From the NCBI RefSeq assembly GCF_963921235.1, contig NC_086109.1:30568001-30632000 (forward strand): a DNA stretch of 64,000 nt, in the 5' to 3' direction. Numbering within the stretch: the stretch's first letter is position 1; the number at the start of each line of letters is the position of its first letter. The notes under the pieces were generated by a model. The model did no database searches. It saw only the letters and a program-made list of their open reading frames with translations, and was not told the origin of the DNA. This DNA comes from Mobula hypostoma. Taxonomy: Eukaryota. The position numbers and the translations under genes are program-made. Below, one piece after another: positions 48,506 to 62,107 of this stretch.

Positions 48506-51500
48506 TATATATATTTTGTAATTCCTTAGTACTTCCAACTATTTTATTTAATCTATCTTGAAATAAACTGGCATTTATGTTTTCTGTGGATATCATTTCA
48601 TTATATAAGAATTACATCACCTTGATGACATCATTCAACAGCATACATTATCACTAACTGTTCCTTTCAGTACAAAGTTGAATAAATTTTGCTTATAAAT
48701 GCCCAGGAGAGCAAAATTTATTTTGTAAGACAATATGATTGATCAGAAATCAGCTTTATATAAACAAATTATATAAAATCTAATCCAGAAAGGCAATATT
48801 CTCCTAATATATACAACAAAATAGTGAGAACTGTAGTAAATTTAATAGTTTTCTCCTTGCGGAATTCTTGTGTTTCATCGTGTTATCTCAGCCTTATCAG
48901 TAAAATCCAACCTTACATCAAAAGTCAGAAGGTACTATAATACAGAAAATTATTTGATAAAATATTTACAAGTTAATTCACTGAATTGAAGAAAGTGCCT
49001 TATTCTCTTAACTCAAAATCACAAAGTTTTATCTGTCTTTTCTTGCCATCATAGGAAGCAAATAGTTCTTCAACCTGCTTTATAAATGGGTCGTTATCAA
49101 TTTTCTTAGTAGATTTGTGGAAGGCAGTGAACCAAACCCTGGGCTTCCACAATTTGTCTGAAGCTGTATAACCAACTAGATAAGCAATCTACTATTGCAT
49201 GAGCAATTCAGTCTAGGCCATGAGAATATTATACCCATGTGGATAAGATTAATACCCCCTAACTTTTATGAACTCTTTTGCAATCCAAGTTACAAAAATG
49301 TACCCAGATCATAGTCAGTCACAATTAACTCAGCTGCCTTTGCTGCTCCTGGATTTCTGAAGAATATTTACTCATGAACATTGTTCTATTGTTGTTTCTT
49401 TAAAGACCAAATCTCTTTCTTTTTGATTCTTGACTAAATCCATGATCAGAGCAGATATTAGTATAATGACAACAGTGTGGTCAATGGAGTATTGGATGAA
49501 TTCACCAACATTTCATTGACTTTTGCTTTCTGATCCTGTTATGCTGATGGTCTATGATGGAAATCAAGCTAATAGACAAACTATAATTTACAAATATAGC
49601 AGCTGAGAGCCATTTTCATTTTGATATTAAATGTTATGACCATGTACATAATGCGTAGCAGGTCCTTTTTAAGCTGTGTTTATCTTGCTTTTGTCAGTCA
49701 ATGAAAGTGATGTATACACTAGGGGTTGACGCTTATCTTGATACTTTTCCAGCAGCCTGATTGCTAATCCTCTTTGTGCTGCTGTTTTATAGGTCATTCA
49801 GTATCCTAGGAATGGTGAATTGATTTGCTTTGAGAAGCCTTTATAAATATTTCCAAACTTTACTCTGCACAAAATTCTAGATTGGAATAGTGGCCTTTTG
49901 TAAAGAGTACAGATTTTTCATGCCAAATAATGTCGATATGAATTAACATTGGAAATTAAGTATTCAGAGAATAGACACTCAGTGGATCATCCTTGTATTT
50001 TGCAGTAAGTTATTTTATTGATATTGTCAAACTTCCTGTTTTTAATGCCTTGATTCTTATGTTACTTGGAGGCATGGCTGACAAAATAAATGGATTTCAA
50101 TTGCCACACCTAGTTTGGTAACAGGTTCAAGTTCTTCTTAATTTTATGAACATGTTCCACTTTGAATGAAACTTGGATAATTATCATACATATCAAAAAT
50201 ATCATAGGTTGGTTTATTTTAAGCAATTTTAAAAACTATATCTGCATTCTACCCTGCAAAAATTCTGTTAATATATTGTAATACAATACTGTGCCATTTT
50301 TTTCTGAATAAATTTGAATGTTATAGATTTTATTAGGACTTTTCAGGTAATAAGCAAATTTAAATTTACTATTTTTGATAATAATAATATGTGCATCAAC
50401 ATGTGTTGTTTGCACTCAATTCTACCAGCTTTATCATATAACTTTACATTTTTGATTCTGCTTAACCAAAAGCCTTTATTATGTGCCTATTAGTGAGTTA
50501 TAAAACAATCTTAAGCTAGCATTTCCTTGGTATATAAACACATTTTTGCATTCTTGTGCAGTCAAAATTTTTATTTCTAAACAGCATATCCCAAGTGTCA
50601 TATGTGCTGTCTAGTTTTGTTGGAATAATTACTGGAGGAATTTCTTGTGAAGACTCAAATAGCATAGAGATGTAGGTAAACCAGAAATTAAATCAGAAGT
50701 TAGTAGAAAGGTAAGGATGAAGGGAAATATGTGAAGGAAAGACATTTTGGTCCTATTTGTAATTATTGTAAGAAACTTGGTCACATAATAGCTAACTGTT
50801 TCCAATTGAAGAAGAAAGAGAAGGAGGCAGTCCCAGATGCTTGTGTGCAACATATTAAAACACCTGTAAATCCATAGGGTTCGATAAATACAAATTAAGC
50901 TTTGTCAGAGTCTGACCAAGTTAAGAGGGGATATGATCATTTTATAACCAAAGGATTTGTATCCTTGAAAGAGGGATCCACTCCTGCGCCAGTAAAAATG
51001 CTTAGGGATACTGGAGTTTCTCAGTCACTTATGTTAAACAGTGATGAGTCTGACATTGGTGAGGTAAACTATATACAAGGTGTTGGGAGTGCCCTTATGC
51101 CTGTATATTTGCATAAAGTAAATTTAATGTCAGGGTTAGTTACAGGACCTGTTAAGGTAGGACTACAACCCAGTTTACCCATGAATGATGTTTCTCTATT
51201 GTTAGGAAATTACTTAGCAGATGGACAAGATTTTTCCTGAAGTGCATTTGGCAATAAAGCACATCTCTGAGGAACCAAAGATGGATTCTAACACGGATTC
51301 CTCTTGTGTTGTAACCCGAGCTATGACTAAAAATATTGATGTGCAGGATGGGACTGTTACCCATGACTGTTCAACTTGGGATTTGAATTTTGAGGATGTG
51401 TCAGAAACTTTCTTATCTTCATTGTTTGATCAAGATTCTTGTAGTAAGTCTGACCATGAAGATTTGTCTCTGTCTCGGAAGGAGATGATAGAGACCCTAA

Positions 51501-52451
51501 GGCTGTAAAATTAAAGGAACAAGCTCTTCCAGACAGTGAAATTGAGAAGGTGCCAGTAGGATATTATTTTGAGAAGTGAGTATTAATGAGGAAGTGGAGA
51601 TCACCTACAATTCCTGCAAGCGAGGAATGAAAGGTTTTTCACCAGGTAGTAGTTCCTAAAGTTTATCGGAATGAGATTTTAACTATGGCTCATAGTATGC
51701 ACTTGGGTGACCATCAAGGTGTGAAGAAAACTGCAAACAAGATTTTAAAACATTTTTACTGGTCTAGTTTAAGAAAAGATGTGGCAACATTTTGCAGAAC
51801 GTGTTGTCAAATTGTGGGTAAACCTAATCAAGTTACTACAGTGGCCCCACTGCAACCTATTCCTGCATTGGTGAACCGTTTTCCAAAATTATTATAGATT
51901 GTGTAGGGCCATTACCAAAAACTAAAACTGGCCATCAATGTTTGCTGACCATCATGTGCACAGCGTTTAGGTTTCCAGAGGCAATACCACTTAGGAATAC
52001 AACGGCTAAAACTGTAATAAAGGCTCTTATAAAATTCTTTACTTACTTTGGGTTGCCTAAGGAAATACGATCTGATTAAGGTAGTAATTTTATGTCCGGA
52101 TTGTTCCAGTAGATAGTTTATGAACTGGGAGCAAAACAGATTATCTCGTCTGCATACCATCCAGAATTGCAAGGAGCCTTTGAGAGGTTCCATTCTACCC
52201 TCAAAACTATGATTAGGACGTATTGTGCAGAAAATGAAAATGATTGGGATGAGGGTGTACATTTAATTCTATTTGCAGGACGGGAGTCAGTGCAGGAATC
52301 CCTAGGTTTTGTTCCTTTTGAACTTGTGTTTGGGCACAGAGTTAGGGGACCTTTGGCCTTATTAAAAGAACAGCGGATTAATATAGAGGTACATACTAAA
52401 TTGCTGGATTATGTTTTGAAATTTAAGGAAAGATTACATAAAGCTTGCGGT

Positions 52452-53827
52452 TGTTATGGTCCGGTCCATGAAATTCGCATTCCAGTTCACGGTCCGGTCT
52501 ATGCTCCTTATTCCAGGTTTTCTGGTTTTCCCCAGTTTCTGTTGAGGCAGCTGATTCTCGTTTGAGCTGGCTTCATAAATACCTTCAGGATTCAGCCTCT
52601 GGCTGCTGGATTGTTCCTGTCAATACCCCCATCTGAAACCCTTCTGTTCCCCTGATTTCTGTTGCCTCGCTTCACCTTGCGTCATCTGAAGCCTCACCTC
52701 GCCTTGTGTCGTCTGAAGCCTTGCCTCGCCTTGCGTCATCTGAAGCCTCGCCTTGCCTCGTCTATAACTTCACCTCGTCCGTACCCTCGCCTCACCTCAC
52801 CTCGTCTGTAGCCTCACCTCACCTTGCCTCATCTGTAGCCTTGCCTTGCCTCGCCTCGCCTTGCCTCATCTGAAGTCTTGCCTCGCCTGTAACCCTCGCC
52901 TGCACCGCTGTCTACTTCAATCGCTGTAGCAAGATAACGAACTGTCTATCGTTGTTTTGAACTGTTTCTGTGTCCACGTCTTCACTAGGTAGGTCCAGTC
53001 GTTTGCCGCTATCTAGTATTGGGAACCGTCTGTATCCACGCCTTTGCTCGGTAGGTCTGGCCATCTACCGCTACCATATGTTGGGAACTGTCCCGTTGTA
53101 TTCTGTGTTCTGTGTATGAGTTCTGTTTCCAAGGAGGGGTCCCGGCTCTGTGTTCCATGTTCCTGTCTCTCCCTCAACCAAGGCTCTGCGTTCCTGTCTC
53201 TCCCTCGACCAAGGCTCTGTGTTCCTGTCTCTCCCTCGACCAAGGCTCTACGTTCCTATCTCTCCCTTGACCAAGGCTCAATGTTTCCTGTCTCTCCCTC
53301 AACCAAGTCAAGGCTTCGGGGTCTCGTCCAGTCCTAGCCACGTCCAAGGACTTTGTCCTGTCCAAGCCTCGGCTTTGTGTTCTCGTCTTGTCCATATGTC
53401 TTGCCCAGCCTAGGAGTATTTTGCCCAGCCCAGTGCTGGGGTTCCCTCATCCTGTGCTGGGGTTCCCTTGTCCTGTCCTGAAGTCTCTTGTCCCGTCCTG
53501 TAGCCATGCCATGTCCTGTAGCCTTGTCATGTCCTCTCCTAGTTCCGGGGTCCGAGCCCGAGTCAAGATCCAGGTTCTGGGTCCTTGTCCAGCCTCTGGC
53601 TTGGAGTCCAATCCCAGGCTCCTAGTTCCAAGTTCTGTGTCTTGGTTCCACTATCCTAGTCAAGTCCTAGCCCAGGCCCTGTATTTTTGTCTCGTCCAGG
53701 GCCTGTGTCATGTCCAGTGTCCTTTCTTCCTCTCTCCACTTGCTTCCTTGTCGCGCCTAGTCCTGTTTCTAGTACGTCAATGTCTGTGCCTTGCATCTCG
53801 GTCCACCACCAGCGCCTCCTTATGACA
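52452..53827 (+). mobile_element. 1.38-kb solo-LTR-like insertion with internal tandem repeats, inside the Gypsy integrase C-terminal region
   Basis: TGTTATGG...TTATGACA termini; host frame KERLHKAC|SLARENL is interrupted; (GCCTC)n-rich array at 52660-52900 and 31-bp units at 53145-53305. Confidence 0.85.
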
Positions 53828-54276
53828 GTAGCTTAGCTAGGGAAAATTTAATATTGGCTCAGGGGAAAATGAAAATTTGGTATGATAAGGAAGCTAGAAT
53901 AAGGTCATTTAAGCCTGGAGTTAAGGTGTTGGTTCTTTTCCTGGTGAAAATGAACCCTTTACAAGCTAAATTTCATGGTCCTAATGAGGTTATATCTAAA
54001 ATTAATGATGTGGATTATGTGATTAAAAACACCAGATCGAAGAAGGCCAGCACAGTTTGGTCACCTAAATATGATAAAACCATATTATGAGAAACAGTCT
54101 GCTACTATGACTGTTGTGGTCAGTAATAATGAGTCTGATCCCACTAGGAACTTAATGGATGATTCATCTGAAACTCATTTTAAACCCAACATTATTGCTG
54201 CCAGTTTACCAAACTCAACAATTCTGGAAAAAATTGATGAGAGATTAGCTAATTTAAAGCCAGAGCAGAGGCAGAG

Positions 54277-55621
54277 ATGAAGCAGTTAATTTTTAAATAT
54301 AGGGATTTATTTCCAGATGTTCCTAAAAGAATCACAGAAGCTTCACATGATGTAGATGTTGGAGATGCCAAACCCATAAAGCAACATCCATATCGGATGA
54401 GCATGCAAAAATGTGAACTTGCTGAACAAGAAATTAAGTATATGTCAGAGAATAATATTATTAGACCTTCTAATTCGAATTGGTGTTCACCATGTGTTAT
54501 GGTGCCTAGGCCAGACAGTAGTATACGGTTTTGTACTGATTACAGGAAGGTGAATGTTGTGACAAATAATGATGCATATCCAATCCCTAGAGTAGGTGAT
54601 CGTGTGGATAAAATGGGAGAAGCAAAGTTCCTTACAAAGATTGATTTGTTAAAACGTTATTTGTGTGTCCTACTGATGGATAGAGGTAGAGTGATTTCTG
54701 CATTTGTAACCCCATCCAGGTTATATAAATATAATGTTCTTCCCTTTGGGATGGAAAATGCACCAGGCACTTTCCATCAGACGATTAATTCTGTGATTCA
54801 TGGGTTAAAAGATAGAAATGCCTATATTGATGATTTAGTTACAAGAAATGATACTTGGGAAGCACATATTATGGCGGTGGAGAATCTATTTGAAAGGCTT
54901 TCAAAAGCTAACTTAACTATTAAGTTAGCTAAAAGTGAATTTGGTCATGTCACTGGGACTTACCTTGGTTATGTGTGGGTCAAGGTAAGTTAGTACCTGT
55001 TCAGTTTGGGCAATTTTAGAGGTACCCACTCCAAATGGTAAAAAGATTTTTAAAAGATTCTCGGGAAAGGTAGAATATTACCGTAAATTTTGTAAGAATG
55101 TTGCTGACATTGCCCTCCCATTAACTAATCCCTTGAAGAAAAATGAAAAGTTTGTTTGGACGGAGCCTTGTCAGGAGGCATTTGATAAATTGAAAACTAT
55201 GCTATGTCATCAACCTGTGCTCAGGTCACCTGACTTTGAAAAACCATTTTCATTAGCTGTATATGCTAGTGATGAGGCTGCAGGAGCAGTGTTACTCCAA
55301 AGGAATGATGGTAATGAGGTTGATCGTCCAGTAGCTTACTTTTCTAAGAAATTTAATTTGCATCAAAGGAGTTATTTAACCATAGAAAAGGAATTATTAT
55401 CTCTTGTTTTGGTTTTACAACACTTTGATGTGTATGTTGGTATGACTCAAAAACCACTCATAGTTTACATCGATCATAATCTGTTAGTGTTTTTGAATAA
55501 GATGAAAAACAAAAATAGAAGGTTACTGAATTGGAGTTTGATGTTACAGGTGTATTATATTTTGATAACTCATATTAAAGGTAAAGATAATGTGATTGCT
55601 GGCTGTCTATCTAGATGTTGA
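54277..55621 (+). pseudogene. Gypsy reverse transcriptase-RNase H (frameshifted)
   Basis: PIKQHPYR, IRFCTDYRKVN, LPFGMENAPGTF, YIDD; PVAYFSKK, IEKELLSLV, HIKGKDNVIA..LSR. Confidence 0.9.
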
Positions 55622-55817
55622 ATGTACAATGTAATTTTTCATGGTTGTATTTTAACATTTGTAACACTCCTACTGTATATTAGTTTGCAAGGTTCTGTAT
55701 GATAATACTGTGTATATTGTGCATGTTGTAGATTTTATACATATGTTTTTTTTGTAAATAGTTAGTTGTTAAAATTTTGTGCATAAAAGGCCAAAATTTT
55801 CCTGTCTTGGAGGGAGG

Positions 55818-56606
55818 TGTTACGTATCTTGTGGATATCTTTTGACTGTCTTATGACCATGACGTAATTGAGTATTTTGTGAGCATGATGTAATGGTCTT
55901 GTGATGGTGGGGTGATGTAATTTTCCCACCAGTGTGAGGTGACATGATGACATGTTCTCAACAGGTATATAATGGGAAACCCCTGTAGTTACGCAGTTGA
56001 TTCGTTGTTTAATTCGTTGGTTACTCCGTTATGCTGCGGATTCATCTCATGATGCAGTTTCGTTTTAAAGTGGAGTTTTACTTTCTGTTGTAAGTCTAGT
56101 ATTGGAGAGTGAAGACCTTACTGAAGTAGGGGAACCTAAAGGATCGAGTAAAGTTGGTGTCGTTCGGCAGTTTAATACAGGGTTGACCTTAATGAATCTT
56201 CATACAGAAATAGTGACCTGCATCTGAGGTAACCCCTGTAAGATCAAGAAGGTTTTTGCAGTGATCATTCACCAGCAAAAGGTCAGTTCCTTTAAGCCGT
56301 TTTATTTCTTTCATCATGAACCCTTTGGAGAATTATCAGTAATGTCACGTCTTTGAAGAAATCCGTTTTCAGAGAAGTCTCTCCTTATTGACTGTGTAAA
56401 CCACTTGGACTTTTGCATTTACCCTTTTAAAACTGTTTTCAAATTTACCACTTTAAGAACTGTTCCTGAGCTGCTGTATAGCAGTTAACTTCCAGTTAAG
56501 TTAGTTGTTTGAATACTTTTTCTATTGTTGAGCAGAGTTTAATAAATGTTTGTTCATTTATAAAACTTGACTCAATTATATATTCATTGTTGCTGGTCAT
56601 GTGACA
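55818..56606 (+). repeat. 3' LTR of the Gypsy element (789 bp)
   Basis: Preceded by polypurine tract GGAGGGAGG; TGTTAC...GTGACA termini; TATATAA near 55966; AATAAA at 56541. Confidence 0.85.
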
Positions 56607-56951
56607 CCATTTGCTAAATCAGTTAACCAATAATTGTACATTGGTGGTCTTGGAAATTATTACCTATGTATACGTGGACAGCAACTATTGCCTTCTTATC
56701 AATGTGCTGGCAATGAACAAGTAACCAGTGCTGTAAAAATGACCTCTTCATAACCTTAACACAGACCAGATCAGGCTCCATGATACAAATGAATGGTCTT
56801 TGTCCATTCTACGTTGGAAGTAAGGGGAGGGGTGGTTAGGGAACCATAATCCTGTCTCCTACCCTACTTCCTGCCTCCTCATCCCTTGTTCCCCTCCCCT
56901 GACTTTCCCTTATTCTTGTCATGTCACTGCCACAAAATGAGCTCATTAAGA

Positions 56952-57418
56952 ATAAACACGAGAAAGTCTGCAGAAGCTGAAAATATAAAGCAACACACAC
57001 AAAAGGCTGGAGGAGCTCAGCAGGTCATGCAGTATCTATTTTCAACGTTTTGGACAGAGACCCTCTTTCTGGACTGAGAAGGAAGGGGGGAAGGTGCCAG
57101 AATATAAAGATGCTGGAGGGGAAGGAGAGAAGCTGGAAGGTGATAGGTGAAGTCAGGAGTGTGGGAAAGGTCAAGGGCTGGAGAAGAAGGAATTTGATAG
57201 GAGAAGAGAGTGGACTATAAGAGAAAGGGAAGTAGGAGGAGACCCGGGAGAAATAATAGGCAGCTGAGAAGAGGTAAAAGGTCAGGTGGGGAATAGAGGA
57301 AGAGGGGAATAAGTTATTTACCAGAAGGAGAAATCAGTATTCCTGCCATCAGGTTGGAGGTTATCCAGATGGAATATAAGGTGTTGCTCCTCTACTCTGA
57401 GGATGGCCTCATCTTGGT
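56952..57418 (-). mobile_element. Penelope-like element 3' fragment
   Basis: Reverse complement of 2910-3435, with purine-rich UTR and decayed hammerhead. Confidence 0.85.
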
Positions 57419-57817
57419 CTTTAACAATTCTGCAAATGCAGATTTTGTCAAAGATTCATTGAAAGATTAAAATTCCATGGATCTTCAGGTGGAGACACCA
57501 GTGTCATCTGGGGGGACTGATGAAAGACAATGTCCAGCTGCCCTTTGCTGCATCGGGGCCACAGTTCAAAGCATCTGTAATCTGGAGATGCCGGTGTATT
57601 GATGATTTGGTCTTTATTCTGTGCTGCTGCCAATAGAATGTTAATACATAATAATGAACTAGCTTGGTTCATTACTTTCAGCACAATATGGCTTTTATTA
57701 AACTTTGAATTAATAACAAAGTAGACATCTTTTGACATAATTCTGTCAGTAGTAATTAATGGACTTAATTCAATTACATCATCAGATGTACAAAATACAA
57801 AAGGACATGAAACTTGA

Positions 57818-57952
57818 GCTCTGAAGAAGGGTCTCAGCCCAAAACGTCAACAGTTTACTCATTTCCATAGATGTCGCCTGACCTGCTGAGCTCCTTCAAC
57901 ATCTTGTGTGTGTTGCTTTCGACTTCCAGCAATTACAGAATTTCTCGTGTTT
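57818..57952 (+). mobile_element. Short Penelope terminal-repeat fragment with decayed hammerhead core
   Basis: CTGAAGAAGGGTCTCAGCCCAAAACGTCAACAG..ACTTCCAGCA..AGAATTTCTCGTGTTT. Confidence 0.8.
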
Positions 57953-59004
57953 AGGACATGTTGCCTGCTTAGTGTGAATTGCAATAGGAAGTCCTTGGTT
58001 CAATTTTCCAAAGGATGGGATTTAGATGGTTGTGGTTGCAACCAGTTTGAAACGCACAGAATGCATGTAATGCATGGTGTGTGTATGATAATCAAATTCC
58101 ACTTTTCATGTTTCAGTTTTATAAGCTGTAGTCTCATATAATATTTTGGTTTACAGTAAAACTGCTATGAATATCAATTATTCGATATCCTTCATTCTCT
58201 ATAAATGGTGAATTAAAGAATAATAACATGGTGAATCTTTTACAAAAGATCTAGAAGTCTGGACCAATGATTCAGTAACGTTTCTCAATTTTATAGCAGC
58301 AAATTGGATGTTTAAATTATGTTAACTTAAGTGATTTGTATCTAAAAATGATCTTTTCTTTCATAATATGTACTTGTTTTTTCTTTATATAAGCTATTTG
58401 TAATATCTTGTAGGTGATCATATTCCCTACATTTTATAAACAGTATTTTGTATTGTCATTATAATATTCTTCATTCAGATTTCTTTTAAAATTATTTTCA
58501 AAATTTTCACTGATTCTATTTTCTTCACCATCTGTGGCTTTATCTTTGATAACTGTTCTTAGAATTCATATTGTTATATTTGTTATTTGTTAGGATTGTT
58601 TCTTCCAATTTACAACATGGCTCACAAGGCAATGAATAAAAATTGCATTTTGAGTAAGGCTTTGTTGAACAATTTGCTCAGTCTGCAAGTGTTTTCTCAA
58701 CCTCTGGTTGCCACTAAAGCTTTGCCTCACTTCCATTCTAAGCTCTACCCTTTGCCTGCTTTTTTACCTCATGTCCTCTGACTCAAGATGGCACCAAGTT
58801 GTGGTCCCCATAGAGACTGTGACTCAGATATAGCTGGTCTTTAAGTTTGAAGGGAGGGTTTTGGGAATGGGGGTGAAGGGTTAGGGGTCAGTTTAGGGCT
58901 TAGAAACAATGATGTTGGGGAGTTAGGAGTCAGATTAGAGTTTAGAAACAGGGATGAAGAAGAATTAGAGGTTTGGCCTCTGGTCTGTGCTTGAAGTCCA
59001 GCGA

Positions 59005-59239
59005 TGTCGTGTAGTATTTGAGGAACTTTGTAAATATAATGTTTGATTAAGCATTCTTGTTTGTTTAACTAATTCATTATGGTTATATCTACGAAGTATG
59101 TGAATGGGAAACATCACCACTCCACCGCGTTATACGTGTGCACCTCGCTTAAAGCAAAAGTGAACACACACAAGCTATCTCCTGGCTCCCTGGTTTTCCT
59201 TAAAATCCGTTTTTTGCTTTGCAGTTACAAAACATAACA
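59005..59239 (+). mobile_element. Possible short solo LTR
   Basis: TGTCG...ATAACA termini; AT-rich block inside a GC-richer repeat; no clean TSD found. Confidence 0.35.
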
Positions 59240-59787
59240 ACGTGGATGGGTGACAAAGGACATCCACATTCTAGGCCTCCGCTCTGTGTCCGAAGGTCAG
59301 CAACATGGACGGGTGATGAAGGGCATACATAGATGTCAGGCGGGTGGGTGGGTGCGAGAATCAGATATCCATTTCAGCAGGAGGCACAAAGAGGCATAAG
59401 GTCTGGTGAGGTGATACACACAGAGTTCGAGCCTGGAGTTTGGGGTCCCCTGATTGGTTTTTTCAGAGGTCGGTACCTAAGATCAATGCCTAAAGGTCAA
59501 TTAAATGTCATGAAGTTGGAGACTTGAAGCCCAGAAGCCTGCCCTGGAGTTGGCAGATGGTCTGTCTGTGTGGTTAGGTGGGGCTTGTTTTGCTGTTGTT
59601 GTTTTGTTGCTTATTGAGAGCTGGGTGTTGTTTTGCTAAGCATTATGGGCCTGCTATGCTGGCACTGGAATGTGTGGCATCACTTGTGGGCTGCCCCCAG
59701 ACATGGGTGTGTTGCCTGTTAACACAAAAGATGCATGTTACTGTATGCTTCAATATACAGTATATGTGATAATTAAATCTAAATCTG

Positions 59788-60385
59788 TTTCAAAGTTCAA
59801 AGTATATTTATTATCAAAGTACATATGTATCACCATATTCAATCCTGAGATTTATTTCCTTGTGGGCATACTCAATAAATCCATAATAAAATCAATGAAA
59901 GACTGCATCAACTTGGGCATTCAACCAGTGTGCAAAAGACACAAGCTGTGCAAATACAAAAATGAAGAAAAATACAATGAATAAATAAGCGATTAATATC
60001 GAGAACATGAGATGAAGAATCCTTGAAAGTGAGTCCATAGATTTTGGGAACATTTCAATGATGAAATGAAATTGAGTGAAGTTACACACACAGTGCTGGA
60101 TGAAATCAGCAGGCCAGGCAGCATCTATGGAAAAAAGTACAGTTGGTGTTTCAGGCCAAGACCCTTCAGTAGGACCACTTGTGTGTGGTGTTGCTTGGAT
60201 TTCCAGCATCTGCAGATTTTCTCCTATTTGCTGAGTGAAGTTATCCCCTTTGGTTCAAGTACCTGATGGTTGAGAGGTAATAACTGTTCCTGAATGTAGT
60301 AGTGTGAGTCCTGAGGCTCCTGTACCTTCTTCCTGACAGCAGCATGAAAAAAAGCATTTCCTGGGTGGTGAAGGTCCCTGATGTT
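59788..60385 (-). mobile_element. Rex1/Babar 3' fragment with nested mini-Penelope
   Basis: TTCAAAGTTCAAAG tail; colinear with 35457-35870. Confidence 0.8.
60085..60231. mobile_element. 147-bp fold-back mini-Penelope with 12-bp TSD
   Basis: TGAGTGAAGTTA at 60073-60084 and 60232-60243; a minus-strand PLE terminus joined to a plus-strand terminus. Confidence 0.85.
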
Positions 60386-62107
60386 GTGGATCAGTGAAGC
60401 TTGATGCAAGATCAAGTCACAACAATGCATCTTTCAAATGGGAAAATTACACCTTTCCAAACTTTGAAGTGAGTTCAACAGTTTCCCTCCAACAGGATCA
60501 CAACCTTACCATGGCTTAGAGGCGTGTGTTCCTCTGTGACTGGAGATCTATATTGGCTGGAGTCATGGCTTTGTGCTTTAAATCCCTAATGCCAAACAAA
60601 TCAAAGGATAGAGGCCAGACCACTAGTGGTCCACCAGTCCTCCAGGTTTGGGGGTTCAGCTCAGGGCAAAGATCCATGACTGGTGAAACAAAATTGTTAT
60701 GGAATGAAGATCCCTTCTTCATTAGAGTGCAACGGTATTCCTTAGCCCCCAGCATGATTGATAGTAGGGAAAACCAAGAGGAAGTTACTGACATGATGAA
60801 GGAAGCTTTGAACACCATCAGGGATAGAGCAACTTCTCTGCTGCCCTAAACATCAGTGGTGTAATGGGTAGTAAGTAACTAAGTCAACAGTTTCAGATAT
60901 CAGCTTTTCGCTTGTATTTGCATTGTACTTTTCCAGTTTTCAACTCTGGTAAATTCTGTTTCTCTCACTTACACCTTTTGCAGCCAGTCCACTGTTAATC
61001 ACTGCTCCCCTATTTCACTCTATTATACCTCCAAGTCCTCATTTCATGTAAGGATTCTTCCCTTCCATGCAAATAATATTTATGTTATTATATTTTCTAA
61101 TTATTTTCTCTGCATTTTCAAACCTGCTTTTCATACAATTTTTCCCTCTTCTGAGGAAAGATTATTGATTTAAATTGTTATCTGTGTTTCTCTACATATG
61201 CTGCCTGATCAACTGAATATTTACAGCATTTAATGTTTTTATTTCTTTGAGCTAATTATAGGGCTTTCATAATTATTGCTCATGTGTTTTCTTTCTTTTT
61301 AACTTCACAATGCAAATATATTTCAATTAATTCTTCTCTTTTACTGCATGTTTAAATTTTATGCACAGGAATTATTTAACTGTTTCTTCACTTTAATTTT
61401 TACCAGCATTTTCTGCAACAGGCTTTTTTTGATAGATTTTATGTGATATTATAAATTAATTATTTTGTTAAATGATTAAATTAAATAATTTAAAGATAAT
61501 CCCCAATTTTATTTGTTGGTCTGATTTCTCGGGCTGAGATTTACCTTCAGTTAAAATGTCAAAACTAAACATTAACTCCCATGTTTTATCAAAATCTCAC
61601 CAGAATTATGGTAGTACAGATTGGGATGTTGAAATAATTGACCTGACATGAAAACAATCCACATGTAGAGTGCACCAATTAACAAAACATTTGGTGACTA
61701 ATTTAAAATGGGAACAGACCCTTGAGAAAACATGGAAAAATGGGATAACATATTTGCTCCAATTTCAAGGATCTGGAAGATGATGTTCTGAAATAAGCTT
61801 CAGGCAAACCTTCCAGGTTCTTATGAATCTCAGAGGCCGTTTGATCCATCATTGTCATTAACACAAAAAATGCGCAGAAGGACATTCTGTGATCCCATCA
61901 GAATAGCACAGTGAATACTTCTTTCCATTTTCCTCAGTCTTTGGAATACTCAATAATTGCCCTTGTCAACATTTCCTATACTACCTTTTAACATCAATCC
62001 TATCACACACTCATTTCTTCCTTGTTCACTTCACACAAGCTGCCAGCAATGTTCTCTGTTCCAGAAGAAGCCTACATGCATCAGTTTGGAGCTGAGTTGT
62101 AATGTCA

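Larger units (their letters stand above)
50630..56606 (+). mobile_element. 5'-truncated decayed Gypsy LTR retrotransposon with PR-INT-RT-RH order (Gmr1-like)
   Basis: CCHC knuckle CNYCKKLGHIIANC (about 50758), protease LRDTGVSQSL (about 51000), integrase HHCC and DDE core (51690-52250), RT (54277-54993, YIDD), RNase H (55133-55621), polypurine tract and 3' LTR. Confidence 0.92.

Noticed and set aside
52660..53310. Tandem arrays as CRISPR or as repetitive-protein genes (ORFs 53013-53825, 63453-63968)
   Set aside because: Head-to-tail units inside an LTR-like element; the ORFs are low-complexity by-products open in several frames.
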